This document shows, piece after piece, positions 39,547 through 49,900 of a DNA stretch of 64,000 bases; position 1 is the stretch's first letter, and every line of letters begins with the position of its first letter. The DNA comes from Chloroflexota bacterium (lineage in GTDB: Bacteria > Chloroflexota > UBA11872 > VXOZ01). The notes below the pieces were generated by a model. It worked only from the letters and a program-made list of their open reading frames with translations, was not told the DNA's origin and did no database searches. The position numbers and the translations under genes are program-made. Where the stretch lies: positions 2,752,001 to 2,816,000 of the forward strand of contig OY760183.1 in NCBI GenBank assembly GCA_963663275.1, in the 5' to 3' direction.

Positions 39547-39686
39547 GAGACCTCTGCAAAACCCCTTCCCCATCGAGGGGGAAGGTTGGGATGGGGGGTT
39601 AAGAGGATTGACATCAAGCCTCTTTGGTTGTAAATGCGGCCTGGATTCCGGCTTTCGCCGGAATGACGGAGCTATGCAAAGGTCTG
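39547..39686. mobile_element. MITE with GAGACC.TGCA ends (IS5/IS1106-like) carrying two hairpins
   Basis: GAGACCTCTGCA and TGCAAAGGTCT ends; flanks CTCGAG/CTTGAG inside a CCCTCTCC..GAGGG hairpin. Confidence 0.65.
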
Positions 39687-39768
39687 CTTGAGGAAGAGGG
39701 AACGGGACCGGTTGCGGTTTGGGCGCGGCTGGCTGCGGTGAGCCGATGCGGCGGCCTCCCGGGGCACA

Positions 39769-41115
39769 GTGGACGCGGCAGGGGCATGGCGCATGGCTTG
39801 GGGAAATGCGGACAAGATCGTGCGGCCCAAGTGGCTGCTGGACCGCATCCTGCTGGTCGGGGAGAGCGTCGCCGCGAGCGACGATAATGCGCTGCCTGAA
39901 CTCCTCATCGACACGCTGCGGGAGCACTTCGGCGCGGAACACGCCTGCATCCACGTTGCCGAGCAGGGCAGGCTGCGCCCGCAAACGCGGGCGGCGTTGC
40001 TTGGGGCGTGTCCCGCTGGGCGTGGTGGTGGAGCGGCCATGGTCGGCAGTGCCGAAGACGCCAGCTTAGCCGAATACTCCGGCCATGTTGGAGACACCGG
40101 CCACCGCGACGCCGAGGCGCGTTTCTGGCGGTACGCCCTCGAAACGCGCACGGTAGTCACCGTTTCTACCACGCCCGCCGCGATCCAGGATGAACTCCGC
40201 CCGCTGCTGGCGGCGGCCGGCGCCCGCGACGGCATGGCCATTCCCCTGCTCTACCGGGGCGACGCCTATGCCGTGGCCAATCTCTACTTTCCGCGCATCG
40301 TGCCCACAAAGCTTGCCACCGCGCAGAACGTCATCCGCAGCGTGGGGTTGCTTGGCAATCTCGTCTACGGCGCGCTCCAGCAGGAGTACTACGCCGGGGC
40401 GCTGCGCGGCAGCGAGGGCGCGGCGCTGGCCCTGGCGCAGGCGGCGGCCGCGCGCGACGGCTATGCCGCCGGCCACGTGGCGCGCGTGTGCGCGCTGGCG
40501 GAGGCGCTGAGCGATGCGGCCGGCGTCACGTCGCCTGCCGTACGCGAGGCCGTGCGCACCGGCGCGATGCTGCGAGACGTTGGCAAGCTCTCCGTGCCGG
40601 ACTACATCCTGCAAAAGCCCGGGCCGCTCGACGCCGGGGAACGCGCGCAGGTGCGGCAGCATCCACCCATCGGAGAGCGCATGATCCTGGAGGCGGCGGC
40701 CGCGGCCAACGGCCAAGCTGCGAGCGGCGCGGGTTTAGAAGCGGGGACTGGGGAGTCAAGGGATTCGAAGTCCGCGAGTGACGATTCACTGCTGCTCGCC
40801 GCCGCCGCTGTGCGCGGCCATCACGAGCGGCTCGACGGCTCCGGCTACCCCGACGGTCTGGCGGGCGACGCCATACCGCTTTCGGCCCGCATCGTAGCGA
40901 TTGTCGACGTCTATGCCGCGTTGACGTCCGATCGCCCGTACCGCGCCGCCTTGCCGCCGCCGCGCGCCGTAGAGATTCTGCGAGAAATGGCCGGGCCGGG
41001 GCTGGACCCGGAGTTGGTCTCGCTCTTCCTGGCTCGCGGCGTACCCGGGGCAATCTCTTCCAAACCGTCAGAACACCAATCGCCGGGCACGGCGTCGCGC
41101 GCCGCCGCTCGGTAA
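39769..41115 (+). CDS. GAF-like plus degenerate HD-GYP domain protein
   Basis: LRDVGK (HD replaced by RD), KPGPL, HHERLDGSGYP and RPYR; start uncertain. Confidence 0.8.
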   Translation: MDAAGAWRMAWGNADKIVRPKWLLDRILLVGESVAASDDNALPELLIDTLREHFGAEHACIHVAEQGRLRPQTRAALLGACPAGRGGGAAMVGSAEDASLAEYSGHVGDTGHRDAEARFWRYALETRTVVTVSTTPAAIQDELRPLLAAAGARDGMAIPLLYRGDAYAVANLYFPRIVPTKLATAQNVIRSVGLLGNLVYGALQQEYYAGALRGSEGAALALAQAAAARDGYAAGHVARVCALAEALSDAAGVTSPAVREAVRTGAMLRDVGKLSVPDYILQKPGPLDAGERAQVRQHPPIGERMILEAAAAANGQAASGAGLEAGTGESRDSKSASDDSLLLAAAAVRGHHERLDGSGYPDGLAGDAIPLSARIVAIVDVYAALTSDRPYRAALPPPRAVEILREMAGPGLDPELVSLFLARGVPGAISSKPSEHQSPGTASRAAAR

Positions 41116-41213
41116 CGGCCCGGGTCTTCGTCCTCACCGCCGCTCAGGACTCGGGGCGCTCCTCAATGCCGTCGCCTCACGTTTCATTGCGAAGGGCACG
41201 GCGTCACGCATCC

Positions 41214-41600
41214 CCGGTAGCGCAGGTTTGTAACCTGCGCACTCGTGGGGTCACTATGTGATAACGGTTTTCCCATGCGAAACCGCCGGTGATTGCCTAT
41301 CGCGCCTCACCTTCCGGCGGGGGACAAGCCCCCGCGCTACGTTCCGGCTCTCCCTCCGGTGGGGGACAAGCCCCAATACTGTCGCATTAACGTAGCGCGG
41401 GGGCTTGTCCCCCGCCGGAATAAGAGAAATGCTAACGAAATGGATTGACCCTACGGAAGACGCAGGTTACAAACCTGCGCTACCGGAGAAACGAGCGTTG
41501 TTTTCACTCTCATTGTGTTTAATGCGACAGCATTGGGGACAAGCCCCCGCGCTACGTTTTCGCTTCTCCCTCCGGCGGGGGACTAGCCCCCGCGCTACGT
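41214..41600. repeat. GTAG-REP cluster
   Basis: Several copies of both GTAG hairpin types. Confidence 0.75.
41374..41535. mobile_element. 162-bp IS4-like MITE
   Basis: TIRs CAATACTGTCGCATTAA and TTAATGCGACAGCATTG; perfect 11-bp duplication GGGACAAGCCC. Confidence 0.85.
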
Positions 41601-41656
41601 TGACCCGACAGTATTTGGGGCGATCCTCGCCAGGCTCTGCCGCGTGCGCGTACACC

Positions 41657-42868
41657 TCAAGAAGCCTCAGTCCCCTGACCCGTGCGCCGGAAGGCCGCGT
41701 AGGTCAAGATTGGCATGACCATCGCCACGGGCAGCAGGCTCAGCATGGCGATACGAAATGAGAACGTCTCCGCCACCACGCCGATTACGTAAGGCGGCAG
41801 CACGCCGCCTACCGCCGCGCCCAGCAGCAGCAGAATGGCAACCGTGCCCGGCCGGCGGGGAAACCGCTGCAAGGCCAAAGCCATCATGGTCGGGAACATG
41901 GCCGCCACGCACAAGCCGAGCAAGAAGACGGCCGCGTAGACGACCCACGCCGCCGGGGCCACGCCAAGCACAAGAATCAGCGGCACGCTGACGATTAGAG
42001 GAATTTGCAGAATCTGTTCGGTTGAGAAGAACCGGGTCAGCCACACGATCGCCAGCCGTCCGAGAAATATCGCCGCCCAAAACAGCGAAACCAACGCCGT
42101 GCTTCGACCGTAAGGCTCCTGAAACTCCTCGGTCAGGTAGGTTACGCCCCAGCCGATGAGCGAGACTTCCACCCAGATGTAGACCAAGAGCGCCGCGGTC
42201 ACCAGCACGATGACGCCGTTGCGCGCCAGGGGCAGGACGTTGGCCCGGCTCAGCCGTTCCAGGGCGGGCGCTTGGGGGAGTTGCACGCGCAGCGCCAGCG
42301 GCAGGCAGGCAAACCCCAGCACGCCGATCGCCAGCATCGGCAAGCGCCAGTTTATGTCAAGGGACAAGCCAATCAGCAGCGGACTGAGCACGGCGCTGAG
42401 ACCAAAGAACATGTGCAGGCGGTTGAGATCCGCCACGCGGTTGCCGGAACTAACGTCCGATACCGTCACGTTCGTTATTATGTCAATACATCCCAGTCCC
42501 GCGCCGGTAAAGAGCATGAAGACCGCCAGGACGGCCCAGTGCGGCGCCAGTCCCCAGCCTAAGTAGCCGATTCCCAGCATCAGGCTCGCGCCTACCAGCA
42601 CCGGCCGCCGCCCGTAGCCGTCCACCACGTAGCCCGCCACCATCACCGCCAAGGCGAATCCCGCCGTGGCCAGCGGAAAGACGATGCCGACGCTCGCGAC
42701 GCTCAGGGAAAACTCGTTGCGCATCGCCGGCAAGGAGGGGCCGATGAGGTTCCAGCCCAGCCCCATCAGGATGACGAGCGCGTAGTTCAAGAGCGTTAAG
42801 AGGCGATAGCTGGGGACTTCCCGCTGGGCATTCTCCGCCGGGAGTGTTGAAGAGGCTGGCTTTAGCAT
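41657..42868 (-). CDS. MFS transporter
   Basis: About 12 TM helices; GYVVDGYGRR motif A. Confidence 0.88.
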   Translation of the reverse strand: MLKPASSTLPAENAQREVPSYRLLTLLNYALVILMGLGWNLIGPSLPAMRNEFSLSVASVGIVFPLATAGFALAVMVAGYVVDGYGRRPVLVGASLMLGIGYLGWGLAPHWAVLAVFMLFTGAGLGCIDIITNVTVSDVSSGNRVADLNRLHMFFGLSAVLSPLLIGLSLDINWRLPMLAIGVLGFACLPLALRVQLPQAPALERLSRANVLPLARNGVIVLVTAALLVYIWVEVSLIGWGVTYLTEEFQEPYGRSTALVSLFWAAIFLGRLAIVWLTRFFSTEQILQIPLIVSVPLILVLGVAPAAWVVYAAVFLLGLCVAAMFPTMMALALQRFPRRPGTVAILLLLGAAVGGVLPPYVIGVVAETFSFRIAMLSLLPVAMVMPILTYAAFRRTGQGTEAS

Positions 42869-43026
42869 TGATTAGTTGATCGTCGCCTCAAATCCTGGCA
42901 GCCGCCTGACATCCTTGACACCCAGGCGCATCCTCGACGCCCCGGCAACCGGCTCCGCCTGCGAGCCTTTCACGCCTCTCAACATTGCGGCCCCCGCGCG
43001 GCCCGCAAACCGGCACGTGAACCGCC

Positions 43027-44316
43027 TCATGCCCGGTAGGCCGCCGCTACCTTGTAGATCGCCGCCAGCACGTCGTCGAGGTCTTCCTGCTGAAGCGTCG
43101 GGTAGACCTCGAGCCGGAAGGAGCGTTGGCCCACGTCCCGGGCATGGGGGCATTCTACACGGGAATAGTCAACTCCGGCGAACGGTTGCGCCGTGTCGCC
43201 GTAGCCCTTCTTCTGACGGTAGACCGGCTCCAGGTAGAGTTCGGCGCTGGTGCCCCGCGCGGCGCGCACGCCCTCGGCCTGCAACGCCCGCACGAACTCG
43301 TCGCGGTCGCAGCTAAGGGCCTCCGGTTTCAGCGTAACGTAGTAGCAGTAAAAGGCGTGTTCAGACTCCGGCGTCTCAGGCGCGGGACTGAGCACCGCTC
43401 CCAGTTCGCTGAGACCCTGCGTGAGGTAGCGCGCGTTTTCGCGGCGCCGCCGCAGGTGCCAATCCAGCCGCGCCAGCGCCTTGACGCCGATCGCGCTCTG
43501 CATCTCCGTCATGCGGTAGTTGTAGCCGACGCGGTAGTGGGTGTACTGGTTCAACGCGCCGCGCGCCAACGCGCTGCGGCGTTCCGCTTCGTGAAAGCCG
43601 TGGTCGCGGAAACCGCGGGCTACCTCAACGGCCGCCGGGTCGTCGGTACCCACGATGCCGCCCTCGCCGCCGGTGGTGAAGATCTTGTCCTGGCAAAAGC
43701 TCCAGGCGTTCATGTCGCCCAGACTCCCCACCGTCCGGCCGCGATAGGTCGCGCCGTGGGCCTGGGCGCAATCCTCGATCACCGCCAGACCGCGCTTGCG
43801 GGCCAATGCCAGCAGCGGATCCATGTCCGCCGGCAGACCGGCGAGATGCACCGGAATGACCGCCGTGGTGCGCGGCGTGATGCGCTCCGCCACGGACTCT
43901 ACCGCGAGCGTGTGCGTTGCCGGATCGATGTCGGCAAAGATTGGCGCGGCGAATTGGTTGGTGACCGCCGAGGCGGTGGCGATGAAACTGCGCGCCGGCA
44001 CGATCACCTCATCGCCCGGCTTCACGCCGGCCGCCGCCAAGGCCACGTGGAGCGCGCTCGTGCCGCTGTTCACGGCAATCGCTTCCGCGACGCCCATGCG
44101 GGCGGCGAACGCCGCTTGAAATTCACGGCCGCACTCCCCGGTCCAATAGTTCACGCGGCCCGATTCCAGCACCGACTGCACGGCCTCTTTCTCATCATCC
44201 CAAAAGACCGGCCAGCGGGGAAACGGGCGTTGTTTCACGTCCCGCACCGGCGCGCCGCCCTCGATGGCGAGTTCTTGCAGGCGCTGACGTTCCCCTGCGA
44301 CAGTCTGTTGTGCCAC
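43027..44316 (-). CDS. DegT/DnrJ/EryC1/StrS aminotransferase
   Basis: NSGTSAL, IEDCAQAHGA, SFCQDK and GEGG motifs. Confidence 0.9.
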   Translation of the reverse strand: MAQQTVAGERQRLQELAIEGGAPVRDVKQRPFPRWPVFWDDEKEAVQSVLESGRVNYWTGECGREFQAAFAARMGVAEAIAVNSGTSALHVALAAAGVKPGDEVIVPARSFIATASAVTNQFAAPIFADIDPATHTLAVESVAERITPRTTAVIPVHLAGLPADMDPLLALARKRGLAVIEDCAQAHGATYRGRTVGSLGDMNAWSFCQDKIFTTGGEGGIVGTDDPAAVEVARGFRDHGFHEAERRSALARGALNQYTHYRVGYNYRMTEMQSAIGVKALARLDWHLRRRRENARYLTQGLSELGAVLSPAPETPESEHAFYCYYVTLKPEALSCDRDEFVRALQAEGVRAARGTSAELYLEPVYRQKKGYGDTAQPFAGVDYSRVECPHARDVGQRSFRLEVYPTLQQEDLDDVLAAIYKVAAAYRA

Positions 44317-44333
44317 GCTCGTTTCTCCTCCGT

Positions 44334-46340
44334 TTAACGTTCAACCGGCGCCAGCGCTCGCCAGTGGCGCAAGACCTCGGCCACGCTCCAGGCCTGGGCG
44401 TAGCAGCCGCACGGCGCGTGGGGCGCATCGCCGTCGAACACTTCGCTGATCGTGCCCAACGCCCCTTCGGTCATTTGTACTACAAAGCCGTTGAGGACGT
44501 TACGCGCCGCGTCTTCGTCACCCTCGTAGCGCAGCAGCGCGTCGAGATACGGCCCAATGAGCCAGCCCCACACCGTGCCGTTATGGTAACTGCCTTCGCG
44601 CTCCCACAGAGAGCCGCCGTACCGTCCCCGGTATTGCGCGTCGCCGGGCGCGAGCGAGCGCAAGCCCGCCGGCGTCAGCAAGGTAGCGTCGACGACCTTC
44701 AAGACCTGCCGCGCCGCCGCCGCCGGCACAAGGGAATGCGGCAGACTGAGCGCGAAGAGTTGATTCGGACGCAGCGCGGGGTCGTCTTCACCGTCCGGGC
44801 CGTCGATGACATCGTACAGGTAGCCGCCTTCCGCGTACCAGAAGCGGCGCATGAAGTGTTGCTCGACGGCCTTGCGCCACTCGACGATTTCGCCCGCGGG
44901 CTTGCCGTTTCCCTCGCGCCACCGCTCCAGCAGGCACAGCGCATTGTACCAGAGCGCCTGGATCTCCACCGGCTTGCCCATGCGCGGCGTGGGCAGCCAG
45001 TCGCCCGCCTTGACGTCCATCCACGTCAACTGCACGCCCGGTTCGCCGGCCCACACCAGGCCGTCCGCCGGATCCACGTGGATATTGTAGCGGGTGCCGT
45101 GGTAGTAGCGGTGGACGATTTCATCGAGCGCCGGCAAGAGTTCGCGCAGCAGCGCCTCATCGCCGGTTGCCTCCAGATAGGCGTGCAGCGCCTGGAAGTA
45201 CCACAGCGTCGCGTCCACCGTATTGTACTCCGGCGCCGCGCCCACGTCCGGGAAGCGGTTGGGAATCATGCCCTCGCTCACGTAAGCGCCAAAGGTGCGC
45301 AGCAGGTCCCGCGCCGCGTCCGCCCGATTTGTGGCGAGCGCGAGACCCGGCAGGCTGATCATCGTATCCCGCCCCCAGTCGCCGAACCACGGGTAGCCGG
45401 CGATTACCGTGAGGGATTCCTCGCCCTCCGCCAACGTTCGTTCCACCAGGCATTGGTCGGCGGCGATAACCAGTTGCGCGCCGAAAGGGTCGGCGCTTGG
45501 ATCAATGGCGGCGTGCTCCACCAGCGCGGCGGCGCGCGCGCTCTCTTCGTTCAGGGCGCGCTCCGCATCGCGCTCTATCCGTTCCAGGGGTTCGACGCTG
45601 GCGATCAGGCACGCGCTCTCGCCGGGCGCGATCGCTGCCGCGCAGTCCAGCGGATGGTAGAGGTCTTCCACGTAGTCCAGGGCCCGCGCGCGTTCCTCGC
45701 GGTAGACGTAATTCCAATACCACTCGTCTCGCGGCTCGAAAGCGGCGCCGCCGCCGCAGAAGAGGTGGAGCGGCGGCGCGTCCCGGGGAGAAGATACCGT
45801 AGCGTGGCCGGCGTCATGCAGGGCCACGGCGGGGCGTGTTTCGTCGGAGCCGCGCTCGAGCGCGTGGAAGTCCCGCAGGGCGGTGAAGAGCCGTATCGTC
45901 AGCGTGATCGGCTCGTCGCCGGTGACGTGGGTGTACGTCACGTACGTCGTGTTCCGGCCGTGCGCCAGCCAAATGCGCTTCTCGAGGACGTTCGCGCCAA
46001 CGCGGTACCGGAAAACCGGAATCTGTCCCTCGAGGGCCACCGCGTCCAACGCGGTATAGCCCTGCGGATGGATTACGCCGGGGTGGAATTCATTAGCGCC
46101 GAGTTCGTAGGCTTGGCCGCCAACGGACGCAACTTCGTCCACTTTCGCCAGCATCACCGCGCGCCCCAGCGGCGGCTCGAGCGCGGCGACCAAGAGGCCG
46201 TGGTAGCGGCGCGTATTGATGCCCATCACCGTCCCGCTGGCGTAGCCGCCGATGCCGTTCGTCACCAGCCACTCGCGCTGAATCGCGGCATCCAGGTCGT
46301 GGAGAACAGGGGCGTCGAGAGAGGCAGTCGCTTCAGACAC
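44334..46340 (-). CDS. Glycogen debranching enzyme (amylo-alpha-1,6-glucosidase, archaeal type)
   Basis: EWLVTNGIGGY, AGYPWFGDWGRD, LTWMD and QAWSVAE; start moved to GTG 46340 to avoid the tRNA. Confidence 0.88.
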   Translation of the reverse strand: MSEATASLDAPVLHDLDAAIQREWLVTNGIGGYASGTVMGINTRRYHGLLVAALEPPLGRAVMLAKVDEVASVGGQAYELGANEFHPGVIHPQGYTALDAVALEGQIPVFRYRVGANVLEKRIWLAHGRNTTYVTYTHVTGDEPITLTIRLFTALRDFHALERGSDETRPAVALHDAGHATVSSPRDAPPLHLFCGGGAAFEPRDEWYWNYVYREERARALDYVEDLYHPLDCAAAIAPGESACLIASVEPLERIERDAERALNEESARAAALVEHAAIDPSADPFGAQLVIAADQCLVERTLAEGEESLTVIAGYPWFGDWGRDTMISLPGLALATNRADAARDLLRTFGAYVSEGMIPNRFPDVGAAPEYNTVDATLWYFQALHAYLEATGDEALLRELLPALDEIVHRYYHGTRYNIHVDPADGLVWAGEPGVQLTWMDVKAGDWLPTPRMGKPVEIQALWYNALCLLERWREGNGKPAGEIVEWRKAVEQHFMRRFWYAEGGYLYDVIDGPDGEDDPALRPNQLFALSLPHSLVPAAAARQVLKVVDATLLTPAGLRSLAPGDAQYRGRYGGSLWEREGSYHNGTVWGWLIGPYLDALLRYEGDEDAARNVLNGFVVQMTEGALGTISEVFDGDAPHAPCGCYAQAWSVAEVLRHWRALAPVER

Positions 46341-46373
46341 GGGGCGCAACCCTTGGTCACTGGCAACGTTGGG

Positions 46374-46446
46374 TGCCGAGAGCCGGAGTCGAACCGGCGA
46401 CACCAGGATTTTCAGTCCTGTGCTCTACCAACTGAGCTATCTCGGC
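46374..46446 (-). tRNA. tRNA-Phe(GAA), CCA not encoded
   Basis: GCCGAGATAGCTCAGTTGGTAGAGC..CT-GAA-AA..GGTTCGACTCC..CTCGGCA cloverleaf. Confidence 0.95.
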
Positions 46447-46453
46447 AAGTGGC

Positions 46454-46530
46454 TGGTGGGCGATGCAGGACTCGAACCTGCGGCCTCTACTTTGTAAGAG
46501 TAGCGCTCTAACCAGCTGAGCTAATCACCC
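46454..46530 (-). tRNA. tRNA-Val(TAC)
   Basis: GGGTGATTAGCTCAG..CTACT-CTTACAA-AGTAG..GGTTCGAGTCC..CGCCCACCA. Confidence 0.95.
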
Positions 46531-46540
46531 ACGCAATCCG

Positions 46541-46569
46541 ATTGTATCACCGCCCCGCGCCGCGTTCAA
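46541..46569 (-). promoter_or_regulatory. Sigma70-like tRNA promoter
   Basis: TTGAAC-17 nt-TACAAT with extended -10 TG. Confidence 0.6.
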
Positions 46570-46762
46570 CCACATCCCTCTGTCAAGCGCATGATTGCCC
46601 CGCCCCGGCCTTGCCGGATTCGCCAGCGCGCTTGGCGTTTGCGGAATGGCGCAATCCCCATGGATAAACGAAGCGCGGGGCCGCTCGCCGCAGCGCCGAC
46701 GGACGCGTGGCGCGCCCTCAGATTCTCTGTATCCGCCGCCCAGCATTAAGCCGCTTCTCACC

Positions 46763-46791
46763 TTGACGAGTCGAATACCGTCCGCTATCAT
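46763..46791 (+). promoter_or_regulatory. Sigma70-like promoter of gltB
   Basis: TTGACG-17 nt-TATCAT. Confidence 0.6.
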
Positions 46792-46805
46792 TCAATCACA
46801 CTTGT

Positions 46806-46871
46806 TGCGGAGTGAAGCGCGGGGCGCGTACAATGAGGTATGAGGAACTCCTGTACGGAGTCCCTCATTTT
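46806..46871 (+). promoter_or_regulatory. Structured gltB leader (ANTAR-like hairpin overlapping a terminator-like stem)
   Basis: CGTAC-AATGAG-GTATG overlaps ATGAGG.ACTCC/GGAGT.CCTCAT-TTT. Confidence 0.4.
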
Positions 46872-46951
46872 CACGTTTAAGGGACGTGCCCCCATTTGGA
46901 GAAAACGCGGCGGGGCCAACGGTCATCCGGAAAACCAACTGAGAAGTAGCA

Positions 46952-49900
46952 ATGGATCTTCCAAGTAGCTTTAGTCCTATGTCACCTGAACGAAAGCCGA
47001 AGCCGGCCGGTCTCTACCGTCCGGAATTCGAATTCGACGCCTGCGGCGTTGGCTTCATCGCGAGCATTTCCGGCGTGCCGGAGCACAGCATTCTCCGGAC
47101 GGCGGTCCAGGCCGTGGTGGGGCTTACCCACCGGGGCGCAATCTCCGCCGACGGACGCACCGGCGACGGCGCCGGCATCCTGACGCAACTCCCGCGCCGC
47201 TTGCTGCTGCGCGAACTGGCGGAGCGCGGCATCCGGCACGTTGCCGCCGACGACATCGGCCTCGGCATGGTCTATCTCCCTCCGGCTGACGATCCTTCAG
47301 CGAAACAAGCCGTGGCGGTCGTCAACCGCGTGTTGGAGGAGCACGGCATCCCGCTGCTCGCGTGGCGGCCGGCGCCGGTTGACGTGGCCGCGCTGGGGGA
47401 GATCGCCGCCCGCAGCATGCCCGACATCCAGCAGGTGCTGGTGCAGCGCCCCGCCGGCCTGGACGATCTGGCGTTCGAGCGCGCGCTCTACGTGGCCCGC
47501 AGGAACATCCAGGGCGAGGCCCAGCGCGCGGGCATCGACGCCCTCTACCTGCCCTCGTTTTCCCATCGCACCGTGGTCTACAAGGCGCTGCTGGTGGCGG
47601 CGCAACTTGCCGAATTCTACCTAGACTTGAAAGACCCGGACTACGAGACCGCGCTGGCGGTTTTCCACCAGCGCTACAGCAGCAATACGTTTCCCACGTG
47701 GCAGTTAGCCCAACCGTTCCGCCTGCTCGCCCATAATGGCGAGATCAACACTCTGTGGGGCAACCGCAACTGGACACGCGCCCGCGAGCACAGCATGATC
47801 GCCGCGGCCTGGGACGAACGGATCGACGCGGGCATTCCCTTCATCGAGCCCGAAGGGAGCGACTCGGCGTCATTGGACAATCTTGCCGAATTCATGCACC
47901 TTTCCGGCCGGGACATCCTGCACACGCTGGCCATGATGATGCCGGAAGCCTGGGAACACGACGAGGACATGGACCCCGACCTCCGCGCCTTCCACGCCTA
48001 CCATGCGGGTCTTGCCGAACCGTGGGAAGGCCCGGCCGCGCTGGCGTTCACCGACGGCCGCGTCGCGGCGGCGAGCCTGGACCGCAACGGCCTGCGCCCG
48101 GCCCGCTACAAAGTCACCCGTTCCGGCATGGTCGTTGTTTCCTCGGAGGCAAGCGCCGCGATCGTGCCCGACGCCGACGTCATCGAGAAAGGGCGTCTCG
48201 GCCCCGGCGAGATGATTGCCGTCGATACGGAAAACCATCGCCTCTTGACCGATAGAGACATCAAGCGGCGCTTGGCCGAGCGCGCGCCCTACGGCGCGTG
48301 GCTGCGGGAGCGCCGGGTACGCGCCAAGGCGCCGGCGCTGGACCCGGCTGATAGTCTCGACTTCGACAAAGACACCCTCGGCGTCATGCACCGCGCCTTT
48401 GGCTACGGCAACGAGGAACTGCGCATGGTGCTCGATCCTATGGGCAAAGAGGGCAAAGACGCCGTGTGGTCCATGGGGAACGACACGCCGCTGGCCGCGC
48501 TTTCGTCCCAGCCGCGCTCGTTCTTCAACTATTTCAAGCAGCGGTTCGCGCAGGTCACTAATCCGCCCATCGATCCGCTGCGCGAGTCGCTCGTGATGTC
48601 GCTCAGGAGTTACATCGGCGGCCGGGGCAACATCCTTACGGAAACGCCCGGGCACGCCCACCTGCTGGAGTTCGAGAGTCCGCTGCTGGACCACGGCCAA
48701 TTCAGAGACCTGGTGCACCAGTACGACTCCTCGTTCTCCTCGATCATGCTCTCCACGCTCTATCCGGTTGCCGAAGGAAGAGCGGGCATCGAGAGGGCGC
48801 TCCGCCGGCTCTGCAAGCACGCCGAGGAGAGCATCGACAAAGGGCGGACCGTCCTGATCCTCAGCGATCTCGGCGTGGGACCCGACCATGCGCCGATTCC
48901 AATTATGCTGGCGGCTTCCGCCGTGCACCAGCACCTGGCGCGCGCCCGTAAGCGCATGCAGGCCAGCATCGTCGTCGAGAGCGGCGAGGTGTGGGACATC
49001 CACCACTTCGCCTGTCTCCTCGGCCACGGCGTCGGATTCGTCTATCCCTACCTTGCCTTTGAGACCATTCGGCACCTGGCGGAGACGGATCGGCGGCAAA
49101 CGGTGGACACAATCACGGCGTGGCGGCACTATCGCGCGTCGGTGGAAGACGGTTTGCTCAAGATCATGTCCAAAATGGGCATCTCGACGCTGGGGGGCTA
49201 TCGCGGCGCGCAGATCTTCGAGATAGTCGGCCTGAACAGCGCCGTCTCCGACGACTATTTTACCGGCACGCCTTCCCGCATCGAGGGCCTCGGCCTGGAG
49301 GAGATTGCGGCGGAAGTTGCCGAACGCCACGCCGCGGCGTTCGGCGAGTCCACCGGCGCCTTGCGCGGGAAGAGAAACGGCAGGCTGCCGGACTACGGCC
49401 TCTACCGGTTCCGGCGGAACGGCGAGTACCACGCCTATAGTCCCAGCATCGTACAGGCGCTCCAATTGGCGGCGCGCACTGGCAAGACGGAAGACTACCG
49501 GCAGTACGCCGAGGCCGTGTACAGCCGGCCGCCGACCTGCCTGCGGGACTTGCTGGAATTAGTGCCGGGGGCTCCTATCCCCATTGAAGAGGTTGAACCC
49601 GTAGAGGAAATCCGCCGCCGCTTTACATCCCAAGCCATGTCGCTCGGCGCGCTCTCACCGGAGGCGCACAAGGCTATCGCCATTGCGCTGAACCGCATCG
49701 GCGGGCGCAGCAACACCGGTGAAGGCGGGGAGGACCCGGACTGGTACAAGCCGCTGCCCAACGGCGATTCCGCCAGTTGCGCGGTCAAGCAGGTGGCCAG
49801 CGCCCGCTTTGGCGTGACCACCGAATACCTCACCCAGGCGCAGGAGTTGGAAATCAAGATGGCGCAAGGCTCGAAACCGGGCGAAGGCGGCCAACTGCCC

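Noticed and set aside
41405-41761. Short ORFs with RRGTSPRAT or GYKPAL peptides (also 18233, 20213, 53235)
   Set aside because: They are translations of intergenic REP/MITE sequence
44310-46511. 733-aa plus-strand ORF and other long antisense ORFs
   Set aside because: Shadow frames opposite well-supported genes and tRNAs in GC-rich DNA
46374-46530. tRNA-anchored prophage or integrative element
   Set aside because: No integrase and no duplicated tRNA 3' end seen in the window
46798-46951. glnA-type glutamine riboswitch
   Set aside because: Conserved junction sequences of that motif not recognised
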